From Armatimonadota bacterium (lineage in GTDB: Bacteria > Armatimonadota > Zipacnadia > Zipacnadales > UBA5352), in assembly GCA_034722055.1 (NCBI GenBank), contig JAYENL010000219.1:1-27681 (forward strand): a stretch of 27,681 nucleotides of DNA, given 5' to 3'. The position numbers and the translations under genes are program-made. Below are positions 8,134 to 16,171 of the stretch, piece after piece. The notes below the pieces were generated by a model. The model ran no database searches, was not told where the DNA came from, and saw only the letters and a program-made list of their open reading frames with translations. How positions within the stretch are numbered: the first letter of the stretch is position 1; every line of letters starts with the position of its first letter.

Positions 8134-11013
8134 TCAGGGAAACGTCAGCACCACCGGCGGCGACCGCTCGCCGCGGAAGGTCTCCCCCTCCACGTAAAGC
8201 CAGTTGCCCACGCTGCTGTAGACGCCCGTGTCCGGGCCCGCCACCACCCAGTCGCCGCCGGCCGTCTGCACCGCCAGTGCCAGTCCCCGGAACTTGTAGC
8301 AGTCGCCTCCGGCGTTGGTGAGCACCAGGCGGTTCTCGCGGGCGATGCCCGACAGCACCTCCTCCGGGAGCTCGATGACGTGCTCCTGCCACGCTGACAG
8401 CTCGCCTCGGTTCACCGGCACCGACGCAACCGGCCGATCGTTGAGCAGGATCTGCTTGCCGCCGTAGCGCTCCTCGGAGTTGACGTCGAAGACCTCCAGC
8501 CGCAACCGCGCCGCCTGGATGGCCTGGAGCTGCTCGTCGGTGATGGGGCCCGCGGTGTCCGCGGCCAGCGCTTCGAGACGCGTCTGGGGCAGCAGCCGGA
8601 CGGAGTACCTCCTGCAGCCCTGCGCACACGCCCACGGCAGGGCCTCGTCCGCGAAGGGATCGCTCTCCTCATGCACACCGGCGTCGCCGATCATCCACAC
8701 CTCCAGAGTCGCCCACGGCGGGAACAGCGGCGGCGCCTCATCGGCACCGACCTCCACCCGGAGGTCGTCCTGCTCGGCGATGTCCGGCAGCAGGTCGAAG
8801 GCGCACAGGCCCCAGCCGTCGCCCTCGGCCCTCCGCACCGCAAGCTCCTGACCGCCGAGCGTGGCACGTACATCGAAGCGCTCCACGTCACCGCGCAGGA
8901 TCGCGTACACCTCCAGACGCTCGTGCGGCGCGCGCACCGTGTCCAGGGAGCACATGACCTCGACAGCACGCTCGCCCGAGCGGGCCATCCGGCCGGTGTC
9001 CCGCAGCGTCCTCGCAGGGCCGGGCATCTCCGGCCGCGGCGGGGCCGAGGGCCATGCGGCTTCAGCGCGCAGCTCCAGCAGCCACACGCTGCACGGTGGG
9101 AGCGTCAGCTCATTGCTCCCGCCCGGCGACAGCTCGACCGCCAGAGAGACGTGCGCGGGGTAGATCTGCCGGACGGCGAAGGGCCCTCTGTGGTCCGCGA
9201 GGTAGCCGGTCGCCTCGTCGATGGGCACGTGCAGCGTCATGGCGCGGTAGCTGGGGTTACGCAGCGCCAGGATGCCGTGGCTGCCGCGCCAGTGGGCGTA
9301 GCCGTAGGGCTCCCCGCGCCGCGGATCGCCGCCGAACATGCGAGTTCGCTCAAGCGTGCGCCAGTTCTCGGTGGCCCACCGCGCGGCGGTGCCCAGCGCG
9401 TGCCAGTGTGCATCGTCGAGCAGGTCAGGCGTGATGTAGAGCTCCTTGAGCAGCACGCCGCGGCCGAAGTAGAGCGCCACGTAGTCGGCCCACTCCCGCA
9501 GCGTCTCGTCCTTGCCACCGAGGCGGTTGCGGCGGCCCTTGATGATGCCGTGCGTCATCAGCGAGGCCAGCGGCGTAGGATTGTCGCCGCGCACGTAGAC
9601 GGTGTGGAAGTGCGCGTCGCGGTAGCTCATCGCCCACTCCCGGGGGGCAAGCTGCGGGAAGGTCTTCTCGTAGCCGAAGTCCCGCGCGCACATCCAGATG
9701 GTGTCACAGTGCGGCAGCCACCACGGCGAGAGCCACACCGCGGAGGTCACGTTCTGGAAGACTCCCGGATTGCACTCGCGCTCCCACGCCAGCAGCCGAA
9801 GCAGGGCGTCCAGGTTCGCCTCCCGGCTGTGGCGGTCGGTGGGTAGGTGCCCGTGGCCTTGTGCGGTGCATGACAGGAAGTTGAAGTCGTGCTTGTAGTA
9901 GGCCAGACGGCCCTCCCGAATGCGCCTCTGCGTGGCGCGCTTCATCGCCTCGAAGCTGCCAGGCGTGCTGAGGCAGAAGTAGGCGCCGCGATCCGACACC
10001 TCGTAGCCCTGGCGGGCCGCCCAGTGCATATCCAGATGAGAGCCCGTCAGCGGCATCCACAGGCCCAATCGCATCCCCATACGCTCCAGCGCGTCGGCAA
10101 CCGGCGAGAAGCCCTGCGGGTACAGGTCCGTGCGCGGCTCCCAGACTGACTGCGGGGCCTGCCAGCCGTCATCAGGCACGAAGGAGTGCATCTGCAGACC
10201 GTACGGCTCCAGCAGCTTCTCCCGGAAGCCCTCAGCCGTCGCCAGCAGGTTCTCCGGTGTCATCTCGTCCCGGCGCAGATCGTACCAGCTATTGTACTGC
10301 AGGTGGCTGCGCGAGGGGCGCTTGATGGCCCGGACGTACTCAGCAAAGCCGGTGCGTGCGGAGCGCCCAGGCGGAGCCACGCCGATGACCATGGCCTTGC
10401 TCTGGAGGGGCTCGGCGAGGTCACGCCCCGGGAAGTGCTTGAGGCGCACCCCATCCTCAGTGACCTCCGCGTAGCCGAGCGGATACTCCACGCCCAGCCA
10501 CCAGCTCTGACCGATCCACAGCGGCAGCCCCCGCCCGCCGCCCGCAACGGGCGCCTCAATGGTGCCGTCCAGCAGGCGCAGCTCATCGACCAGCACGCCC
10601 GCGTCGCCGGTGAGCGTCACCTGCTTGCGGAGGTAGGGCTGATCGCCCGTCAGCCAGTAGGTCAGCGTGGCGTTTACGCGCGGTTGAGCGCACTCCAGCG
10701 TGACCAGCAGCCTCGCCTCTTCTTCTGCGTGGCGTGCGGAGACCGAGGTGCATCTGAAGGCGTCTCCGTCCAGCTCAGGCCCCTCATAGAGAGCCAGGAT
10801 CAGCGGCTCTGCGGCCACCTTCACGGGACTCGAGCCATCCGGGCGGGACAGCCGGTCCAGTCGCCAGGTTCCCTGCTCGCGGCGGAACTCGCAGCGGATG
10901 GCCTCGTTGGCGAGCACTGCGCCGTCGGCGGTGACGCGGGCCTTGGGGGCCGCGCCGGCCAGCGACGCGGCAAGCGTACCCACGGCGACGACACAGAGCA
11001 CACGCCGAAGCAT
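8134..11013 (-). CDS. Secreted GH27/GH36 (clan GH-D)-like alpha-galactosidase-type glycoside hydrolase with C-terminal beta-sandwich domains
   Basis: Motifs LQYNSWYD, SFVPDDGW, DLYPQGFSPVADAL..MRLGLWM and YYKHDFN (putative nucleophile Asp) follow the clan-D order. Signal peptide MLRRVLCVVAVGTLAASLAGA from ATG 11013. The start is uncertain (alternatives 11049 and 11160). Confidence 0.75.
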   Translation of the reverse strand: MLRRVLCVVAVGTLAASLAGAAPKARVTADGAVLANEAIRCEFRREQGTWRLDRLSRPDGSSPVKVAAEPLILALYEGPELDGDAFRCTSVSARHAEEEARLLVTLECAQPRVNATLTYWLTGDQPYLRKQVTLTGDAGVLVDELRLLDGTIEAPVAGGGRGLPLWIGQSWWLGVEYPLGYAEVTEDGVRLKHFPGRDLAEPLQSKAMVIGVAPPGRSARTGFAEYVRAIKRPSRSHLQYNSWYDLRRDEMTPENLLATAEGFREKLLEPYGLQMHSFVPDDGWQAPQSVWEPRTDLYPQGFSPVADALERMGMRLGLWMPLTGSHLDMHWAARQGYEVSDRGAYFCLSTPGSFEAMKRATQRRIREGRLAYYKHDFNFLSCTAQGHGHLPTDRHSREANLDALLRLLAWERECNPGVFQNVTSAVWLSPWWLPHCDTIWMCARDFGYEKTFPQLAPREWAMSYRDAHFHTVYVRGDNPTPLASLMTHGIIKGRRNRLGGKDETLREWADYVALYFGRGVLLKELYITPDLLDDAHWHALGTAARWATENWRTLERTRMFGGDPRRGEPYGYAHWRGSHGILALRNPSYRAMTLHVPIDEATGYLADHRGPFAVRQIYPAHVSLAVELSPGGSNELTLPPCSVWLLELRAEAAWPSAPPRPEMPGPARTLRDTGRMARSGERAVEVMCSLDTVRAPHERLEVYAILRGDVERFDVRATLGGQELAVRRAEGDGWGLCAFDLLPDIAEQDDLRVEVGADEAPPLFPPWATLEVWMIGDAGVHEESDPFADEALPWACAQGCRRYSVRLLPQTRLEALAADTAGPITDEQLQAIQAARLRLEVFDVNSEERYGGKQILLNDRPVASVPVNRGELSAWQEHVIELPEEVLSGIARENRLVLTNAGGDCYKFRGLALAVQTAGGDWVVAGPDTGVYSSVGNWLYVEGETFRGERSPPVVLTFP

Positions 11014-11205
11014 GAGCCGCGTCCGGAGCAGACCTGCTGCTGACAGCATTCGGTAGGAGTCCCCAGTCCCGTATGGCCTGGCGCTCTGCATGGAAATCAC
11101 CTGTGTCCGGACAACTCCAACGCCTGTCATCCGCAGATGGGCAGCGGGTCTCTGTTCCACACCGGCGGCGGATCTCCCCCAAGAGTGAGCTGCGGCATCG
11201 CGGTC

Positions 11206-13452
11206 TCACCGGGTTCCGATGCAGTAGAGGCTGCCCTCGGTTCTCAGGAAGAAGCGGCCGTCAACGGGGACTATTGACGCGTACACAAGCTCCTCCAGGT
11301 CGTTCACGGCCAGCTCCCTGTACTCCCTCTCCGCGGCGACCACCGTCGTCCTGCCATTGGTGTCGGTGAAGTAGATCCTATCCCCGACTGCGGTGACCGA
11401 GGAGTAGTGCTGGGTGCCGATCCAGTGCGTCCAGACGGCCTCGCCGCTGTCTGTGTCGAGGCAGTAGGCCCTGCCAACGTCGGAGGTCGCGAACAGCAGC
11501 CCTCCGCAGAGCACCGGCGAGGCGCACTGCGCGCCCTCGTCCGTGGGACGCTCCCACACCACCGGGTCCTCCGAGCCCGCAAGGGCATCGCGGTCCAGGG
11601 CCATCGACGCCTCCGGACCCACCAGGTACACACGCCGGCCGTCGGCGACCGAGCTGCAGACCGGGTTGTTGCGGTCTCCGAGCTTGCCGATCTGGTGCGT
11701 CCACAGCTCCCGACCGGTGGCCGGATCGTAGCCGCTGATGTCGGTGTATCCCCAGACGACGATCGTTCGCCGCCCGGCGATATCCAGCACGCAGGGCGTG
11801 CGGCAGGTGCCGGCGTACTCGTGGACCTGTTTGCCCCGCTCCGTCCGCCAGACGATCTCGCCGCCGCCGCGATCGACCGCCGCGAGGTACTTCCCGGCCT
11901 CGGACTCGCTCAGCACGACAACGCTCTCCCCGCACAGGATCGGCGATGACGCCACGCCATGCTGGGACCGGAAGGGCAGATCGATGCAGCGCCACCGGAC
12001 GTGGCCCCTGGTGTCCACGCAGGCCAGGCCGGGCGTCCCGAAGTAGGCGTAGACGCCCTCGCCATCGGTGACGAGCGTGGGCGTGGCGGGGGAGTTGTCG
12101 GTGTGGATTTGCCCGCGCGGGCCCTCCAGGCACCGGCTCATCCAGCGGATGTCACCGGATTCCCGGTCAACGCACACCACTGCCCGGGCCATCCACGGGC
12201 TCTTCGGCAGGTAGCGGGCGTAGGCGAAGTACCCGGCCCCGAGCCCCAGCGCCACGGCGACCAGCGCCGTCTCCGCGCACCGAAGCCACTGTGCCCCCGA
12301 CCGGCGGGTGGCGATGGCGAGTCCTGCTCCGACGAGGCCCACAGCGCAGACCGCGATCACGGCCGTCCATCCCAGCATGGGCAGCAGCTTCGGAGCGCCG
12401 AAGTGGTAGGCCAGGTAGTGCGACCGGGAGATGACCAGCTCGACGAGCGCCACCGGCGCCATCACGGCGCTGAGGGCGCCCGCGAGGACGACTGCGACCG
12501 CGGCCGCGCCGCTTTCCTGATGCCGGCGGCGCACCCACGCCGCAATGGCAAGCGCCACGATCGCCGCCAGCGCCATCCACCACTCAATCGCTGGCTCGTA
12601 CTCCGCCCACAGCGTGCCTGCGGTATCGGGCGCCTCCCGCAGCACATTGATGGCCAGCAGACCGGCCAGCAGCGCCGCCAGGCCGATGCCCGTGCCCGTC
12701 ATCAGGCCGCCGACCGTCCTGTTCCCCAGCCCCGCCCCCAGCAGGAACAGTCCAATGACGCCGGGAGGCGCGATCACGCAGTACATGAAGGCGGACTTGA
12801 CGCTGGCCGGGCCGTCGGCGAAGGCGCGGGCGCCATGGGGGACCGTCACGAGGACAACCACCGAGAGGCCAACAAGGCAGCCGCCGGCGGCGATCAGCGA
12901 CCGGCGGTCGCGCCGGGCCAGCGGCCACAGGAGCAGGGCCATCGCTGCCGCAGCGCTCCCGGTGAGCCACCCCCGCTCAGCCGCGCGCTCGAACTCCATG
13001 ATCCCCTCGCCGAGCAGCACGATGGCGCAGACGCCGAGGGTCAGCGCTGCCAGCGGGATCAGCAGAGCCGGAGAGGGACCGTTCTCGTCGCCGTCCGAGT
13101 GCGCGGCGCGGCGCATGACCGCATACGCCGCCAGGGCTGCGAGGATGCCGGTGAGCGCCACCAGGCCCAGGCGGAGCAGCAGGCCGGTGTGGCCGTAGGA
13201 CTGCACAAGGAACGCAGTGGTGAGGTAGACGGAGTCCTCAGTGACCACCGGCGAGGAGTAGCCCTCGCCGGGGATGGCCGTCTTCCAGGCTACGTTGTCG
13301 GTTGCCGACCACTCCGTCGGGCCGGTCGGAGACTCACTGCGGCCCTCCCGCTCCACGCCCCGCCAGCCGAGCCACTCATCGGCCCCGACGGTGCCGGACG
13401 CCAGAGAGAGGAGAAGCACAGTAGCGCCGAGCCCATGCAGCCGCACTGGCAT
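11206..13452 (-). CDS. PQQ-binding-like (BamB-type) beta-propeller protein with an inserted ~10-TM membrane domain, 748 aa
   Basis: ATG 13452 after GGAGG. Signal peptide, then DEWLGWRG..EWSATDNVAWKTAIPGEGYSSPVV..VYLTTA, then ten hydrophobic segments. The propeller resumes at VVCVDRESGDIRW, NSPATPTLVTDGEGVYAYFG, HGVASSPIL, AVDRGGGEIVW, GYDPATGRELW and ends with LAVNDLEELVYASIVPVDGRFFLRTEGSLYCIG. Confidence 0.85.
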   Translation of the reverse strand: MPVRLHGLGATVLLLSLASGTVGADEWLGWRGVEREGRSESPTGPTEWSATDNVAWKTAIPGEGYSSPVVTEDSVYLTTAFLVQSYGHTGLLLRLGLVALTGILAALAAYAVMRRAAHSDGDENGPSPALLIPLAALTLGVCAIVLLGEGIMEFERAAERGWLTGSAAAAMALLLWPLARRDRRSLIAAGGCLVGLSVVVLVTVPHGARAFADGPASVKSAFMYCVIAPPGVIGLFLLGAGLGNRTVGGLMTGTGIGLAALLAGLLAINVLREAPDTAGTLWAEYEPAIEWWMALAAIVALAIAAWVRRRHQESGAAAVAVVLAGALSAVMAPVALVELVISRSHYLAYHFGAPKLLPMLGWTAVIAVCAVGLVGAGLAIATRRSGAQWLRCAETALVAVALGLGAGYFAYARYLPKSPWMARAVVCVDRESGDIRWMSRCLEGPRGQIHTDNSPATPTLVTDGEGVYAYFGTPGLACVDTRGHVRWRCIDLPFRSQHGVASSPILCGESVVVLSESEAGKYLAAVDRGGGEIVWRTERGKQVHEYAGTCRTPCVLDIAGRRTIVVWGYTDISGYDPATGRELWTHQIGKLGDRNNPVCSSVADGRRVYLVGPEASMALDRDALAGSEDPVVWERPTDEGAQCASPVLCGGLLFATSDVGRAYCLDTDSGEAVWTHWIGTQHYSSVTAVGDRIYFTDTNGRTTVVAAEREYRELAVNDLEELVYASIVPVDGRFFLRTEGSLYCIGTR

Positions 13453-13775
13453 TGCCCTCCTGCGACCTGTACTGCGACCACGCTCGCCCCACACTTCTAC
13501 CCCCGCCAGCGGTTCCCTTTGAGAGTGAGATGCGGTCTCCGGGCGTGGCTGCCTCGGCCGGTGGAGTCTCGGGCCGCGAACATCGCCGCTGCGGCCATCA
13601 CGGCCACCATGAGGCCACGACAACCTGGCGCTCTCATCTCATCTTCCGCCGGCTGTCCCGGGCATCCCCCGCCTTCCCCCATTGCGAGTGCAGGTCATCG
13701 GCTGGTGATGCAGGAAGAGGTCCGCGCCGCCACGTGGTGATGGGGAGCCGCAGTCGGTGTCGAGGAGGTCCGCAG

Positions 13776-15518
13776 ATGCGAGCGATACTGTGGTGTGTCA
13801 TGGGAGGCCTGCTGCTGATGTCAGTGGCCGATGCCGCGCTCTACCAGCCCGCGGACCCGCCGTTCGTGCAGATAGCCAGCGCCGGACGGCCCTACGCCCA
13901 GATTGTGACGCCCGCCGAGCCCACCTACCTGGAGGAGTTCGCGGCCGCTGAGCTGCAGGAGTACCTGGAGAGGATCAGCGGCGCCGCGCTCCCCATAAGG
14001 TCCGAGGGAGAGGCCGCCGAGCACGACTACTCCTTCTTCCTGGGCGCGACGAGGCGCGCCTCGGAGGCCGGCGTCGAGCCCGACGAGGAGGCCATGGGAC
14101 GCGACGGCTTCGCGCTCCGCTCCATCGACGGTGGGCTCATCATCAGAGGCCGTAACGACCTCGGCACGCTCTTCGGCGTCTACGAGCTTCTGGAGCGGCA
14201 CTTCGATGTCCGGTGGTTCATGCCCGGCGAGATCGGCGAGCACGTCCCCGACCGCGCCGCGCTGCGCATGGGCACAGTCAACCTGACCTTCCGGCCCTCC
14301 TTCCGCGTGCGGTGGGTCGGCAATGGCGAGTGGCCGCTGCACCAGCGCATGAACGCCTACGTCACCGCCGGCGACCGCGATGTGGGCGTCAACTGGAAGT
14401 GGCACTTCCACACCTTTCGCCGGCTGATCCCACCGGAGGAGTACCACGAGGAGCACCCCGAGTACTTCGCCCTCGTCGATGGCGAGCGGAAGGTCACCGA
14501 GAGCCGGAGCCACGGCAACCAGCTCTGTACCTCGAATCCCGAGGTCATTCGCGAGGTGGCCGACAACCTCATCGCGGTGCTGGATGCCGAGCCGGAGATC
14601 GAGATCATCACGCTCTCGCCCAATGACGGCGGCGGCTTCTGCGAGTGCGAGCAGTGCCGAGCGCTCGACGAGCCGGGCCGGGACTGGTTCGCGAGGTACT
14701 CGCGCCGGCTGGCAATCTTCAACGATGAGGTAGCGAGGATCGTCAAGCGCGCGCACCCCGACGTGCTCATCAAGGTCGGCGCCTACGCCATGTATGCCCG
14801 CCCCCCATTGGACGAGGACTATCAGCCCGAGGACAACCTCTTCTTCCAGCTCTGCCACCTCTACTTCTGCCACAACCACCCCCTCGGCAGCGACATGTGC
14901 CGGGCGGGCGAGACCTACGAGCCCAGCCAGCGGTTCGTCCCCAACCAGCAGTTCTGCAGGATCCTGGATCAGTGGCTGGAGCTGTCGCCACACCTGTTCG
15001 TCTACGAGTACTACGCCATCGGCGGCATGCAGCGGGCGAAGCTCCCCTGGCCGCTGGTGCACACCATCCGCTCCGACATCCCCTACTACCGCGACCGGGG
15101 CGTCGAGGGCTTCTACACGCAACTCAGCGGCGACGCCTGGCACCGGCTGGGGCTGAACTTCTACCTGGCCGCAAAGCTGTGCTGGAACGCCGACCTGGAC
15201 GTGGACGCCCTGCTGGAGGACTACTTCCAGAAGTTCTACGGCCCTGCCGCCGAGCCCATGCGCGATTACTTCATGACCATGGAGCAGGCCATGCAGGAGT
15301 GGGGCGGCTGCGCCTCCTACGGCCTGCAGGGGGTGAGCGGCCTGCGCTCCATCGGCCCCAGGGTCTTCACCCCGCAGGTCATGAAGCGGATGGGCGCCCG
15401 CCTCGCTGAGGCCGAGCGCCTGGCGGCGGATGACCGGACCTTCGCCGAGCGCGTGGCCCTCGCTCGCCGGATGTACCAGGAGACCCAGCAGTCCCTGGCC
15501 GAGATCGCGGAGGAGTAG
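13776..15518 (+). CDS. Secreted DUF4838-domain protein with GH20/GH67-type N-terminal domain, 580 aa
   Basis: GAGGAGG 13762-13768 then ATG 13776, and a signal peptide. FAAAELQEYLERISGA..DGFALR..GTLFGVYELLE..VRWFMPG..PSFRVR is the N-terminal module. HTF..LIPP..HPEYFAL..QLCTSNPEV..LSPNDGGGFCECEQC and LNFYLAAKLCWN..YGPAA are DUF4838-type motifs. Confidence 0.85.
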   Translation: MRAILWCVMGGLLLMSVADAALYQPADPPFVQIASAGRPYAQIVTPAEPTYLEEFAAAELQEYLERISGAALPIRSEGEAAEHDYSFFLGATRRASEAGVEPDEEAMGRDGFALRSIDGGLIIRGRNDLGTLFGVYELLERHFDVRWFMPGEIGEHVPDRAALRMGTVNLTFRPSFRVRWVGNGEWPLHQRMNAYVTAGDRDVGVNWKWHFHTFRRLIPPEEYHEEHPEYFALVDGERKVTESRSHGNQLCTSNPEVIREVADNLIAVLDAEPEIEIITLSPNDGGGFCECEQCRALDEPGRDWFARYSRRLAIFNDEVARIVKRAHPDVLIKVGAYAMYARPPLDEDYQPEDNLFFQLCHLYFCHNHPLGSDMCRAGETYEPSQRFVPNQQFCRILDQWLELSPHLFVYEYYAIGGMQRAKLPWPLVHTIRSDIPYYRDRGVEGFYTQLSGDAWHRLGLNFYLAAKLCWNADLDVDALLEDYFQKFYGPAAEPMRDYFMTMEQAMQEWGGCASYGLQGVSGLRSIGPRVFTPQVMKRMGARLAEAERLAADDRTFAERVALARRMYQETQQSLAEIAEE

Positions 15519-15704
15519 CAAACGTGTGGCAGGGCCGGCGTCTCGGCGCGCGTCCCAGTGCTTGCCGAAGGTCTTTGCTCGCCCTCGGGGACTGCCATGG
15601 CGGCGCCCTGAGTCCCTGGTGCTGCCGCTATGCATTACGGACGTCTTGAGAGAGGCCTGTGATGGAGTTGACCACGCGCTCGGGCGTGTGCTGTTGTCGT
15701 ACGG

Positions 15705-15957
15705 CTTACCTTTACCGGAGACTGCATGGCAGTCTCACGGAGGTCGCACGGCGACCTCAAGACCTTCGGTCTCAAGCGGAGGGCTGTTGGCCGTGGAGGG
15801 GCCGCCTGAGGGCGCTCCTCAGGAGCGCGCGAAGTCGGCCCGCTGCAGCCAACGGCTGGGCCGGCTTCGGCTCCAGCGAACGATGCTGGAGCCTCAGACG
15901 GCCCCTCCGGACGGCAGACAGCGAATCGCCACTCGCCACGATGTGGGTAAAGGTAAG
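15705..15957 (+). repeat. Structured intergenic repeat element, copy 2 (same orientation as copy 1)
   Basis: Perfect 12-bp terminal inverted repeat CTTACCTTTACC (15705-15716) / GGTAAAGGTAAG (15946-15957). 15776-15804 and 15899-15945 are identical to copy 1. Carries two extra hairpins at 15718-15759. Confidence 0.85.
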
Positions 15958-15990
15958 GTCGTACGGAGGGGCCGCCCGAGCGCAGCGATG

Positions 15991-16128
15991 GAGAAGCCAG
16001 TAGGCTTCTCTTAAGAGTTCGCTATCCGAACTCCAGGGTGCCGCCTGCGCGGTCGTGTTGCGCAGGCGGCAGGCCCTGCCGGGCCTCACTGCTCGCGCCG
16101 CTGCGGGCGCAGCGCCTCTTCAGCGAGC
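15991..16128. other. Tandem cluster of short perfect hairpins
   Basis: GAGAAGCC/GGCTTCTC (15991-16010), GAGTTCG/CGAACTC (16015-16033), TGCCGCCTGCGC/GCGCAGGCGGCA (16039-16071), AGGCCC/GGGCCT (16071-16086), and GCTCGC/GCGAGC (16091-16128) enclosing CGCTGCG/CGCAGCG. Confidence 0.6.
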
Positions 16129-16171
16129 CAACATGCTCACGTCCGTGCGTCGCCACACAGGTGGTCTTCCA

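Noticed and set aside
7773..8321. Small ORFs sharing peptide text with 15659-16003 and 15772-16089 (e.g. AEGCWPWRGRLRALLRSARSRPAA)
   Set aside because: The similarity comes from the DNA repeat. Starts and stops differ between copies, there is no convincing RBS, and changes preserve base pairing rather than coding.
11206..13452. Assigning gene symbol bamB or a PQQ dehydrogenase
   Set aside because: No lipobox, no bam or der context, and it has a large membrane insert. Only the propeller repeat type is shared.
13453..13775. Divergent intergenic region as a possible riboswitch or operator
   Set aside because: Only short, weak inverted and direct repeats, with no recognisable riboswitch consensus.
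15718..15774. Possible CRISPR mini-array
   Set aside because: The units are not identical direct repeats, there are no 30-40 nt spacers and no cas genes.
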